From: a virus
Strand: one strand, 5' to 3'
DNA: 64,000 nucleotides
Virus record (IMG/VR): IMGVR_UViG_3300022934_000003
Position numbers and translations under genes: made by a program. The notes below the pieces were generated by a model, which ran no database searches, was not told where the DNA came from, and was given only the letters and a program-made list of their open reading frames with translations. Below are positions 35,715 to 45,552 of this stretch, piece after piece; position 1 is the stretch's first letter; every line of letters begins with the position of its first letter.

Positions 35715-36418
35715 TAGATAAAAAAAGTTCGCATTCCCTCCACTACAAACGTTTTTTCATCTCCATTACTATTCGTATATTTCATTTCATGTCTTAATTT
35801 AGGCATAGTTTCAAAAAACTTTTGAATGCTTTTAATAACATTCCCGTCTAAATTATCCATAAAACCATCAATATCTTCAGCAGAATGATCTTTAAAATAA
35901 TGCACTTCATCTGCAGAAGCAATTTTATCTAAACAATTAATCATTACATTATAGTTCGTAAGAGCATCATCATCTTTATTACTTAATAATGCAAAAAATT
36001 CATTAATTGTCGGATACTTTAAATATAATACAAAATCTTCATTAACTTGTATTTCATTTGTATGTTCATCATCATATGTTAATACTGGATCAGATTCTAC
36101 ATCTATACTTAGTGTAACTTCTTCTTCAGTATCCGGGTCTTTAATCGTAAATGCAATATTATTATCTACTGATTTAGATCTTAACATTAATAAAACATAC
36201 TCCAAGTCAAACATTGCTAAATCATCCACATCCATATCAATTAAGCAATTATTTACAACTTGTTTTGCAGCAAGTACCTCTTGCTCCGGTTCTTTTGATT
36301 CTTGTGCTACCAAAAGAATTTTTTCTTCTTTAACCGTAAACGGTCTATATTTAATTTTTTCTTGTGTTGATGGTAAAATCAACTCAAATATTGGCAAATC
36401 AATTTTTGGTAAAGCCAT
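35714..36418 (-). CDS. gp26: baseplate hub assembly chaperone
   Basis: MALPKI..P, YRPFTVKEEKILL.A.E, DLEY..L.LR.KSV, FFETMPKL, ends G...FF. Confidence 0.9.
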   Translation of the reverse strand: MALPKIDLPIFELILPSTQEKIKYRPFTVKEEKILLVAQESKEPEQEVLAAKQVVNNCLIDMDVDDLAMFDLEYVLLMLRSKSVDNNIAFTIKDPDTEEEVTLSIDVESDPVLTYDDEHTNEIQVNEDFVLYLKYPTINEFFALLSNKDDDALTNYNVMINCLDKIASADEVHYFKDHSAEDIDGFMDNLDGNVIKSIQKFFETMPKLRHEMKYTNSNGDEKTFVVEGMRTFFI

Positions 36419-36433
36419 AATATTAACTCCTCA

Positions 36434-37207
36434 TTATCTAGTTACTTGATTTATCTCCCTTGAAATTCTATCAACTGAATTAGTAACTCTTGTAAATTTA
36501 TTTACTGCATCTTGTACACTTCTTGGTATAATATTTTGTCCAATTAATTGTCCGACTCCTCCGATAGCGCTTATAAGTCCTAATAAGCCATTACCGCGTC
36601 CAAAAGGTGCAGTTGGTGAACCAATTTTTTCACCAGCATAATGAATTCTATCGTATTGAAAACTTACTGGTAATACAGAAAATTGGTCATTGTTTTCCCA
36701 AGCCAAGTCTACATCTCCCATTTGTAAAGGAAATGCACCATCTAAAACAACTTCATAATATTGGCCTGAGATATAATAGTTTGTAGAATAAGCTCTAATA
36801 ATAACACGAGCTGAATACTCATCTTTATATCCTACTTCAAAAGGTAATTTACCATCTACTTCGGCAAAATCACCACCTTCATTAGAAAAGTTGATTACAT
36901 TTTGTGCCCATGAATGCATGAATGATAATACTTGATGATCAGAATCTAGCATAAAAATAGCTTGCACTGGTTCTGGATTCCAAGTCATTGGCATAACTTT
37001 TCTCATTTGTGCAACAGGTTCCCAAATTTGAGATTGGAAAACCATTCCAGGAATAGTAGCATTTTTACAAAAGAAAGTCATATCTCTAGAATTAGCTCTA
37101 GATCTAACACCAGGATAATTTACAATCTGTAATTCAAATAAAGAAGGTTTGGCTGGGCCACCAAACCAATCCATTTGTGATTTAAATTCTGATACATTAA
37201 ATGCCAT
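36434..37207 (-). CDS. gp54: baseplate tail-tube initiator (tube-fold protein)
   Basis: GG.AKPS.F, FFC....PG, Y.DEY, L.GAFP, V.F.Y. Confidence 0.65.
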   Translation of the reverse strand: MAFNVSEFKSQMDWFGGPAKPSLFELQIVNYPGVRSRANSRDMTFFCKNATIPGMVFQSQIWEPVAQMRKVMPMTWNPEPVQAIFMLDSDHQVLSFMHSWAQNVINFSNEGGDFAEVDGKLPFEVGYKDEYSARVIIRAYSTNYYISGQYYEVVLDGAFPLQMGDVDLAWENNDQFSVLPVSFQYDRIHYAGEKIGSPTAPFGRGNGLLGLISAIGGVGQLIGQNIIPRSVQDAVNKFTRVTNSVDRISREINQVTR

Positions 37208-37208
37208 T

Positions 37209-37820
37209 TTATCCTCTTATAATTCTTCTAGAATCAGTATAAACTTTATTTGCCGTTGCACCAACAAATCTTTGTGATGGTAAGAATAAAGCAATATCCC
37301 ATTCCGATGGTAATATATGAGCAGGTTTAGTTCTTACATGCTCACTTAAATAATGTTTAACACAAGGTTTAAATTCTTTAAACTTTGTTATACCATTTAA
37401 CATTTTATAAGACGCTCTTATCTTAGTGCTTTCATCAAACCTTTTATTATTAAGAACTGTATATAATTGATCCATCAATTTAGCTCTTAAAATAGGTGGT
37501 AAGTAATGAAAGTTTATTCCTAAAAATCCGCCCTTAGCATTATTTATTGGAAATATTAAAGGATATCTATCATAATATGGTAAAGTTTCTTTATGTTTTG
37601 GGTCATAACCAAACATATACATATGACCTAACATAAATGTGCCTTTTCTATTAACGCGAGATTGACTTATTGCTCTAATAGTTTTTTCTGGATCTGCTCT
37701 AGATCTACTAACGCCTTTAGCTTGTTCACGATACCATTCACGAGCTTCGGCTGTACGAGCTGGTACTTTACCACCACGTATTCCGTCTAATAAAATATCG
37801 TCAAAAAGTTTAGAAGCCAT
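37209..37820 (-). CDS. gp2: DNA end protector protein
   Basis: YDPKHK.TLPYYD.YPL, GINFHYLP, CVKHYL, W.IA.FLP. Confidence 0.9.
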   Translation of the reverse strand: MASKLFDDILLDGIRGGKVPARTAEAREWYREQAKGVSRSRADPEKTIRAISQSRVNRKGTFMLGHMYMFGYDPKHKETLPYYDRYPLIFPINNAKGGFLGINFHYLPPILRAKLMDQLYTVLNNKRFDESTKIRASYKMLNGITKFKEFKPCVKHYLSEHVRTKPAHILPSEWDIALFLPSQRFVGATANKVYTDSRRIIRG

Positions 37821-38273
37821 TTATTTTATTCCTAGCTGATCTTCCGTATAAATTGCAAAATCCCATCCTCGTCCTGTGCACCAAGCTCGAGCCGCTTTCC
37901 ATTTTGCTTCGTTTATTCCCCAAGTTTTAACCTCGTTTAAATACCTTCTTGAAACCTTTCCGTTTGCAGTCTTTTTATTTCTAATATCTGGCGGTCTAGT
38001 TTGAGACTTAGGTTTGATTTCAATCATCAAAGTTCTAGGTCCTGCTGGTGTTTTCCTATGTATTACTACATCTGGAAAATACCTATGTCTTTTACCGTCA
38101 ATTGGTGAGTAATATGGTATTACGTATTCCTCACTTGCCCACCAAATAACATCAGGATGAATATCTACATGCCTAAAAAATTTAAACTCCCACATTGAGC
38201 GGTAGTATATTTTAGACGGATCACCCTTATATTTGCTAGGATTTTTTGGACGAAATCTTCCACTATAAGCCAA
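37821..38273 (-). CDS. gp4: head completion nuclease
   Basis: YSGRF.PKNP.KYKGD, YRS.WE, HRYFPD, IEIKP, N.AKW.AA. Confidence 0.92.
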   Translation of the reverse strand: MAYSGRFRPKNPSKYKGDPSKIYYRSMWEFKFFRHVDIHPDVIWWASEEYVIPYYSPIDGKRHRYFPDVVIHRKTPAGPRTLMIEIKPKSQTRPPDIRNKKTANGKVSRRYLNEVKTWGINEAKWKAARAWCTGRGWDFAIYTEDQLGIK

Positions 38274-38292
38274 ATCGTTCCTCGCAATTCAA

Positions 38293-38321
38293 TATAAATA
38301 GAAATAATAATTTTATTTATA
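38293..38321. promoter_or_regulatory. pair of oppositely oriented T4-type late promoters
   Basis: TATAAATA at 38293-38300 (+) and 38314-38321 (-) between divergent late operons; further copies at 33162, 52575, 62173, 62817. Confidence 0.75.
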
Positions 38322-38339
38322 AGAAATAAGGGCGATCAT

Positions 38340-39341
38340 ATGGCAAGAACTAAACGGGTTGAGTTTTATAGTAGACTAGCAGAAAAAGAAAATGCTGGTG
38401 CTATGTCTCATTTAAGATTTCCTGATAAGCCATTTCCACATACAATGTTAATGGTATTTAAAAAATATGATTTCCAACAATATAAAAGTGGTTTTGGTTT
38501 AAACGAATCTGCGTTTGATGCTGCTGATAGAGGATCTGGGATTGGACTAAGAAGTTCTGATTCTATAGAATTGCCTTTTCCAAAACAATTAGTTGATACA
38601 AATACAATGAGACTTAATGGATATGAAAGGTCTCCAATTACAGAAAACCTTACTTTACAATTAACAAAAGATATGGGAAAGGGAGAAGCTACTATAAATC
38701 AACTACCACAATTAATACAAGCTCAAGGTGCTTCTATTGCTGGTTTAGCTCAAAGCACAAGTGGCGGTGAAGTTATGGATTCTATAAAAGGTTTTAAGGT
38801 ACAAGATGTTGCAAGTGCTGCTACATATTTAGCAAGAAAATTAATTCCTGGCGATATTGCTAGAAGTATTAACTCAGCTACAGGACAAGTAGTTAATCCT
38901 CGTGAAACACTTGCTTTTGAAGGTGTTAACTTAAGAAATCATCAATTTAATTGGGATTTATATCCAACTAACCAACGAGATTCAGAAAGGATTAGAGAAA
39001 TAGTTGAAAAAATTAAACAAAATTCTTTACCATCTGTACAAGATTTACCAGGAATTAGAAGAGCATTCTTAAAATATCCATCAGTTGTAGATATTTACTT
39101 ATTAGGTGTTAATCAAGAATATTATATGAAATTTAAAACTTCTATGGTTACTAACTTTACTGTTGATTATGGTGCAGGTGGTAATTTAGCAATTATAAAA
39201 GGTGGTAAACCAGCAGGTGTAAATATCGCATTACAATTATCAGAACTAGAAATTGAAAGTGCCCAAGATTATGGAGTAACTGCTCCTGATAAAGCAAAAA
39301 CATTTGCTACAGGATATGATGGTGAAGGAGATACAGACTAA
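38340..39341 (+). CDS. gp48: baseplate tail tube cap
   Basis: I.LP.P, NP.....F.G..LR.H.F.W...P, LKYP, L.LSE.E. Confidence 0.8.
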   Translation: MARTKRVEFYSRLAEKENAGAMSHLRFPDKPFPHTMLMVFKKYDFQQYKSGFGLNESAFDAADRGSGIGLRSSDSIELPFPKQLVDTNTMRLNGYERSPITENLTLQLTKDMGKGEATINQLPQLIQAQGASIAGLAQSTSGGEVMDSIKGFKVQDVASAATYLARKLIPGDIARSINSATGQVVNPRETLAFEGVNLRNHQFNWDLYPTNQRDSERIREIVEKIKQNSLPSVQDLPGIRRAFLKYPSVVDIYLLGVNQEYYMKFKTSMVTNFTVDYGAGGNLAIIKGGKPAGVNIALQLSELEIESAQDYGVTAPDKAKTFATGYDGEGDTD

Positions 39342-39718
39342 TGACTAGATACTTTGAAGAATTTCCAACTGTAGAATACGAAGGACAACAAGTAAAAGAT
39401 ATTACTCGTAGAAATTCTTTAACTAACTTTGTATTAAATAATCCTATGCTGTATATGCCTTATACAGTAAAAGAAGGTCAGCGTCCAGAAGATGTTGCAA
39501 GTTTTTATTATGGCTCAACAGATTATACATGGTTAGTTTATATGTCTAATAATATCATTGATCCGTATATTCAATGGCCAATGGCGACTGCAGAATTTAA
39601 TGACTATTTAATTTCAAAATATGGTGAGCAATCTGGCAAAGTTGGAGAAGAAGTTGTTGAATGGGCATTTGAGCAAAACGGTGAAAACATTGTTTATTAT
39701 TATAAAGTAGTAGGATAA
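39341..39718 (+). CDS. gp53: baseplate wedge gp53, N-terminal part (LysM-like)
   Basis: YF..FP...Y, VKEGQRPE.VA..YYG....W, N.IIDP..QWP. Confidence 0.85.
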   Translation: MTRYFEEFPTVEYEGQQVKDITRRNSLTNFVLNNPMLYMPYTVKEGQRPEDVASFYYGSTDYTWLVYMSNNIIDPYIQWPMATAEFNDYLISKYGEQSGKVGEEVVEWAFEQNGENIVYYYKVVG

Positions 39719-39721
39719 AAT

Positions 39722-39979
39722 ATGGCTGTAGAAATTGTTAAATTAGCACCAGAATCTTTTAGAACAATATATCTTCGTAAAGAAGATCGTGTTATTTTAC
39801 GCACAGAACTTGGCCGTAAAATTATTGTTAAACGTATTATTCCAGACGAGTGGATTGAATGGAGAATATACGATCAAGAAATTACCGATAATGAAAATAG
39901 AAAAGAAATTTTCTTACTCGATCGAGATTATTTAAACCAAATTAGTGACGAATTCCGCAGAAAGATAAGAAGTAGATAA
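39722..39979 (+). CDS. probable gp53 C-terminal part
   Basis: YDQE...NE.RK.I.LL...Y matches the usual gp53 C-terminus; same frame as the upstream ORF. Confidence 0.6.
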   Translation: MAVEIVKLAPESFRTIYLRKEDRVILRTELGRKIIVKRIIPDEWIEWRIYDQEITDNENRKEIFLLDRDYLNQISDEFRRKIRSR

Positions 39980-41367
39980 TGGCTGACACATCATTTAATC
40001 CGTCTGAAGCCGAAATAATTTCTATTAAAATTACTTCATATGATGGATCAAAAACAGAAGATTTATCAACAAACTTTTATTATGAGTTTGGCGTAAAACA
40101 GAGCATAGATTCTCCTGCTTGGCAAGGTTATATCAAAGTTATTGATGCTATTGGTTTTTTAGAAAAGTTTCCATTAAGAGCAGAAGAAAAAATGGAATTA
40201 AAATTAATTGCTTCTGATTTAAATACGGAAATTAATTTATATACAAATATAATAAAAGTAACAGATATTCAACCGCTTCAAAGTAATAATGGATCATCAT
40301 ATACAATTCATTTTGTATCTGAAGAAACATTTAAAGGTGGTACAAGATCAGTATCTAAAGCATATGATTTACAAACAAGTGATACTGTAAGAGAAGTATT
40401 TAATACATATTATTCTAATATTCCTACAAAAGAAAATGCATCAACACAAGATTCAGTACATGATAGAGTATTACCGTTTGGTGCAAGAAGATATTTAATA
40501 ACAGAAACACAAAAAAGAAAACAACAAAGAAATCTTTTTATACAAGATACTGCATCTCGTTCTAGATTAGTAATACCGCGTTTAACTCCTGCAGAAACAA
40601 TGCAAATGTTAGGAGCTAGATCATATAATCCAGAAACTCCTTCTTGTACTTTTAGATTTTTTGAAACTTTAGAAAATTATTATTTTTGTACAGATGAATT
40701 CTTAGTAAAAGATATCGAAAATGATCATGTTATACAATTGTATTACAGCCCAACGGCAAGTGTAGATCCTAAAGCACCTTTAGATCAAATTAATAGAATA
40801 GAATCATTACATATCGCTCAAAAAAGTATTGATTTAGAAAAAGATGTTTTTTCTGGCTCATACAGAAGTGAAGTAACTGAATTAGATTTTGTGAGAAAGA
40901 AAGCAAATATAAGAAATTTCAATTATGATACTGATGGTAAATATATGGATATGAAAGGTGATATTAGAAGCCTGGATGATAATCCTCATACAGAAGAATT
41001 TCGTAATGATATATTCACAAAAGAAAATGCAAGATCATTTATGATCTTTAAAGATTATCAATCTAGTGGTGATCTAAGTTCTAATATACATAGAAATAGA
41101 TTTCTATCTGAAATAATTCAGAATAGAGTATCTTATCTTTCTCATTTAAATAATACACAAGTTGAAGTATCTTTAAAAGGTAGATTAGATATTAGACCTG
41201 GTTATATTGTAAATTTAAATATACCAGAATTATCTACTGGCACTTTAAATAACGAAACATTATCAGGTAGATATTTAATAAAAAGTACTTCACATGTAAT
41301 TAGTGAGGGTGTTTTAGAAACAAGTTTACAACTTTCTAAATTTGATTGGAATAGAGGCGATGTTTGA
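39979..41367 (+). CDS. baseplate hub protein (gp27-like)
   Basis: FRFFET, G.LDIRPG, LSGRYLI..T.H; located between gp53 and gp5. Confidence 0.65.
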   Translation: MADTSFNPSEAEIISIKITSYDGSKTEDLSTNFYYEFGVKQSIDSPAWQGYIKVIDAIGFLEKFPLRAEEKMELKLIASDLNTEINLYTNIIKVTDIQPLQSNNGSSYTIHFVSEETFKGGTRSVSKAYDLQTSDTVREVFNTYYSNIPTKENASTQDSVHDRVLPFGARRYLITETQKRKQQRNLFIQDTASRSRLVIPRLTPAETMQMLGARSYNPETPSCTFRFFETLENYYFCTDEFLVKDIENDHVIQLYYSPTASVDPKAPLDQINRIESLHIAQKSIDLEKDVFSGSYRSEVTELDFVRKKANIRNFNYDTDGKYMDMKGDIRSLDDNPHTEEFRNDIFTKENARSFMIFKDYQSSGDLSSNIHRNRFLSEIIQNRVSYLSHLNNTQVEVSLKGRLDIRPGYIVNLNIPELSTGTLNNETLSGRYLIKSTSHVISEGVLETSLQLSKFDWNRGDV

Positions 41368-43486
41368 TTTTGGTGTAGGTCTTAAAGATCCGGTATTTTT
41401 TGTAGGAGTGGTCGAAAATAATATCGATCCTCGCAAAGAAGGACGCGTGCAAGTAAGAGCCTTTGGTGTGCACGGAACTAACTCTGATGTCCCTACAGAT
41501 ATGCTTCCTTGGGCTATTGTTGTGCAAGGTGACTATAACCCTAACAATATTCCAAAGATAAACAGCTGGGTGTTTGGTGTGTTCTTAGATAGTAGAGATG
41601 CACAACAACCAATGGTACTTGGATTAATTCCAACTCAAATGACAGAACCATTAACACCTGATTCAATTAAAAAACAAGGATGGGGTGTAATACCAGATAG
41701 AGATAGTAAACTCTTAGCACAAGGATCTGAGCCAGAAAGTTTTGGACAACCTCAAAATTCAAGACTTGCTCGTGGTGAAAAGATTGAGGAAACAAAAGTC
41801 TTTCAACAAGAAATGGCTAGAAAGAAAAACGTTAAAGTCGGAGGTAAAGATGAAACGTGGGATGAGCCTGGCACTGCTTATAATGCTGAGTATCCCTTCA
41901 ATAAAGTAATAGAAACCGGAGCGCATACTATTGAACTAGACGACACTCCAGGTGCCGAAAGGATTATGATCCATCACGGTTCCGGTTCCTTTGTGCAAAT
42001 TGATACTAGAGGTACTGTTACAGAAAAAGCAGTATCAGATAAATTTGAAGTGATGGACCGTAAACAACACGTAGTTGTTGGCGGGATGAGCACAGTAACC
42101 ATTGAAGGTAATAGTTATGTTTACGTGAAAGGAAATAAAATAGAAGAAATCGAAGGAGATTTACAAACATTAGTTCACGGTAATCATATGTTATCAGTAG
42201 GTGGACAAAGCACGATTAATGCTTCTGATCAAGCTCAAATGAGAGGAGCTGATGTTAAGATAGAAGCCAACGTAGGTACAATGGCAATTAATGCTAATAA
42301 AGAAATGCAAATCCAAGCTGGTAAGTTTGGTAATCCATATGGAGCACTTTCAATTAAGTCAGAAAAAATTCTTGTGGATGCTACAGATAAATTACATTTA
42401 AGAGGTAATACACAAGTTAATGTACAATCTGTTGCAGAAATGAATTTCTCGGCACTTACAATTAATCAACTTTCAGCGACTTGGTCAGCACAAGCTTCAT
42501 TAACAACTACAATATCTAGTGCACTTACTACAGATATTACTGGAGGCATTGATGTTGCTATTGGAGGTGGAGTACAAACAAATATTAATTCTCCAATTGT
42601 AAATATTGATAACTTTGTTAACTTAGCTGGTGGATTAGCACGACCTGCTATACCTTCATTAGTAGCAGCTAAATTCACAATTCCGCCAATACCAAGTAAA
42701 GCATTTATTCCAACATCACCTATTCCTGAAATTGCTTGGGGAGCCGCTACAGTATTTGCACCTGAACCAGTTAATAAATCAACTGCTCTTATTACAGCAG
42801 ATTTAGGTTCGATGGGTAGTACTGGTTACAATTCTATAGATCATAAAGGTGAAACTCGTACATTATACGCAAGTAATGTGATTGCTTCTGTTTCTGCTGG
42901 AGCAGCTGCACCATTATTAGACTTTATTGGTGATTTAGAAAGTAACGGATATGATGATATTTCTGGATTAGTTTCCAAATCAAGATATCCGGCCAAGAAG
43001 CTTACTGATATGACTATTCAAGAAGTACTTGATTGGCAAGAAAGTATTGATAGTAAACAAAGCTCAGAGGCTGCTGGTCGTTATCAAATTATGGAAGATA
43101 CTTTACGAGGTTATAATAATGATAATAATAATGGTCCAGGAAGACCATTATATAAGAGAGCCGGCTTAAGTGCAAGTGATAAGTTTAGTGCTGCAAACCA
43201 AGATAAATTAGCAATTGCATTATTAAAAACAAGAGGATTAGATTCATACTTAAAAGGTAAAATTAGTAGAGAAAAATTTGCTTATAACCTAGCATGTGAA
43301 TGGGCTTCATTACCATTAGTTACTGGACCTAATGCTGGTAAGAGTAGATATGATAGTAATACGAATAAATCTTTAACTAAAGTAAAAGACTTTTTACAAG
43401 TATTAGATAAAGTTAAATCTAGTTATTCTATTAAAGAAGGTACTGCATTAGCTCAAACTATAACGCCTGGAGGTAACATCGCATGA
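41360..43486 (+). CDS. gp5: baseplate central spike with a C-terminal muramidase domain
   Basis: GVVENN.DP...GRVQVR OB fold, YPFN, ELDDTPGAERI, beta-helix repeats, then AAGRYQI...QD...EWASLP lambda-type lysozyme motifs. Confidence 0.9.
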   Translation: MFDFGVGLKDPVFFVGVVENNIDPRKEGRVQVRAFGVHGTNSDVPTDMLPWAIVVQGDYNPNNIPKINSWVFGVFLDSRDAQQPMVLGLIPTQMTEPLTPDSIKKQGWGVIPDRDSKLLAQGSEPESFGQPQNSRLARGEKIEETKVFQQEMARKKNVKVGGKDETWDEPGTAYNAEYPFNKVIETGAHTIELDDTPGAERIMIHHGSGSFVQIDTRGTVTEKAVSDKFEVMDRKQHVVVGGMSTVTIEGNSYVYVKGNKIEEIEGDLQTLVHGNHMLSVGGQSTINASDQAQMRGADVKIEANVGTMAINANKEMQIQAGKFGNPYGALSIKSEKILVDATDKLHLRGNTQVNVQSVAEMNFSALTINQLSATWSAQASLTTTISSALTTDITGGIDVAIGGGVQTNINSPIVNIDNFVNLAGGLARPAIPSLVAAKFTIPPIPSKAFIPTSPIPEIAWGAATVFAPEPVNKSTALITADLGSMGSTGYNSIDHKGETRTLYASNVIASVSAGAAAPLLDFIGDLESNGYDDISGLVSKSRYPAKKLTDMTIQEVLDWQESIDSKQSSEAAGRYQIMEDTLRGYNNDNNNGPGRPLYKRAGLSASDKFSAANQDKLAIALLKTRGLDSYLKGKISREKFAYNLACEWASLPLVTGPNAGKSRYDSNTNKSLTKVKDFLQVLDKVKSSYSIKEGTALAQTITPGGNIA

Positions 43487-45126
43487 TTCCACATTTAGAT
43501 CCTTGCTTAACTCCATCATCAGCTGCAATAAATATTAGCTCCGGAATACTAACGAATAATAACGGAGAATATACAAAAGATCAAATTGCAGTATTTGAAA
43601 AAGAATTTAAAGATTCAATTGTAAGAGAAGTAGAAACTAATCCATTATCTAAAATGGTTAAAGAATATGGAAATGATTTTTATGACGTTCATAATTATTT
43701 AAATCAAGCTCTAAAAAATAATAAAGATAAATTAAATAATTTTGGTGCTCTTAGTGAAAGAACAGATGGCGGAAAAAGTCCAGCAATAACTCCAGCAGAA
43801 ACTGCTGCAATGATGGATGATTATGGATTTACTGTTAACACTCTTACAAAAGCAATTAATGAAAGATTTGATGGTGTATTAACTCAATTAGATGGATATT
43901 ATAGAGATAGTTTTTCATCTAGTATTATGGGCGGATTTTGTGGATTATTCCAAAGCGCATTTGTATTAATTAATGGCTTCTTTAATTTAGTAGGACAAGT
44001 TCAAGGTTTAATAAGTGATGCAATATCTTTTGTAAATAAAATTAAAAATATTGAAGATGCGGCTAAAGCATTCTTTGAGCAATTAAAAGTTAAAGCATTA
44101 ATTGAAGCAATTAAAAAGAAAATTGTTGATACTGTTGAAGGTGTTATTAAGAGCGTTGTTTCCGCGATTGAGAATTTTGATATAGGTGAAGTTGTTAATG
44201 ATATTGGAGTTTTTATTCAAGAAAATATTATTAATAGAGTTGAAGATATTAAAAATGGTATTGTAGAATTTTTTAGTGATGAAAATATAGAAGGTATTAA
44301 AAACAAAATCACTGGATTATTTGATTACGCAGTAGGATTATTTGAAAATCCTTCTTTAGAAGAAATTCAATTTTTAATTTTGAGAATTTGTGGATTTGCA
44401 GCAGGTGTCGAAGGATTAATTAAAGGAACAAGAGCACCATTAGACGATTTCCAAAATAGATATAGAGAAGTTTTTAACAATTTACAAAATGCTTCTAATA
44501 GAATTGAAGGTGAATCTATTAGAGCTGGTGCAATAAGATTTTCTGAGCCAAGACGTAAAGAGGTAATAAATAATACTAAGGAAGAGTGGGCAAATATAGA
44601 TCCTGATTATCAGTATCAAATAACAGAAACTACTCAAACGACTACTGAAGATGATGGTGAAATACCAGTATCTAAATATGATGGTTTAGTAGAACAAATG
44701 AAGTCTCTTCCTAAATGGAAAGATTTGAAAAACGGAAAAGATTCTAGATTTAAAGTAGAAGGTGATTGGGTTAAAGATCTTGGTGCTGACGGTTGGAATA
44801 GAATACTAGATAAAGTTAAACTTCAATTACAAAGTTTACAAAAATCTGCTAAAGAAGCAGGAATTACAGATCAATTAATTATTATGAGTGGCTGGAGAAG
44901 CCAAGAATATAATAAGAAGCAAGTTGAACAAGATCCTGGAACTGGATCACACAGCTTTGGATTAGCTGTTGATGTTACTTGGGATGATTTTTATGCTCGA
45001 GCAGATAAAACGGATGAGTTTGCCGAATTGGCAAAAAAGGCAGGATTTAGAAATATAGGAATGAGAGATAAGTTTATACATCTTGGTATGGGACAAACTA
45101 ATTATTGGGATGTAAGAACACAATAG
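43483..45126 (+). CDS. virion protein with a C-terminal peptidase M15 domain
   Basis: SGWRS..YN, SH..G.AVD, FIHLG. Confidence 0.75.
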   Translation: MIPHLDPCLTPSSAAINISSGILTNNNGEYTKDQIAVFEKEFKDSIVREVETNPLSKMVKEYGNDFYDVHNYLNQALKNNKDKLNNFGALSERTDGGKSPAITPAETAAMMDDYGFTVNTLTKAINERFDGVLTQLDGYYRDSFSSSIMGGFCGLFQSAFVLINGFFNLVGQVQGLISDAISFVNKIKNIEDAAKAFFEQLKVKALIEAIKKKIVDTVEGVIKSVVSAIENFDIGEVVNDIGVFIQENIINRVEDIKNGIVEFFSDENIEGIKNKITGLFDYAVGLFENPSLEEIQFLILRICGFAAGVEGLIKGTRAPLDDFQNRYREVFNNLQNASNRIEGESIRAGAIRFSEPRRKEVINNTKEEWANIDPDYQYQITETTQTTTEDDGEIPVSKYDGLVEQMKSLPKWKDLKNGKDSRFKVEGDWVKDLGADGWNRILDKVKLQLQSLQKSAKEAGITDQLIIMSGWRSQEYNKKQVEQDPGTGSHSFGLAVDVTWDDFYARADKTDEFAELAKKAGFRNIGMRDKFIHLGMGQTNYWDVRTQ

Positions 45127-45135
45127 GAAAAATAA

Positions 45136-45552
45136 ATGTCACAAACTTTATTTACAGGTAATACAAAAAAGATAACAATCTATCAAGATTTTAAAAAGAA
45201 TCTTGAAAAAAGTCCTGTCTCTGCAGATCTTACGGTAAATAAAGATGAAGAAGCTGTAAAAGAATCAATCAAAAATCTTATTCTTACCGATAGAGGTGAA
45301 AGATTAATGCAACCAAATTTAGGTGCAAGTATTAGAGGTTTATTATTTGAAAATATTACTCCTGCAACTCTTAAATTAATTCAAGATAGAGTTGAAGAAA
45401 CAATCAATTTATACGAACCAAGAGCAGAGCTTATTGATGTTGTCGCAGAATCAAACATCGATGACAATATAGTACGTGTTAAAATTGTATTTTACATATC
45501 TAACATTCAACAGCCTATAACAGTGGATGTATTTTTAGAGAGGACGCGATAA
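45136..45552 (+). CDS. gp25: baseplate wedge subunit
   Basis: AVKESIKNLILT..GER..QP..G, YEPR. Confidence 0.92.
   Translation: MSQTLFTGNTKKITIYQDFKKNLEKSPVSADLTVNKDEEAVKESIKNLILTDRGERLMQPNLGASIRGLLFENITPATLKLIQDRVEETINLYEPRAELIDVVAESNIDDNIVRVKIVFYISNIQQPITVDVFLERTR

Noticed and set aside
37821-38273. TnsA-like transposon endonuclease
   Set aside because: Same fold, but sequence and position beside gp2 and gp48 identify it as head completion protein gp4.
39716-39718. Alternative genetic code (stop reassignment) as the cause of the gp53 split
   Set aside because: TAA, TAG and TGA all terminate conserved genes at expected lengths, and no suppressor tRNA is present in the window.
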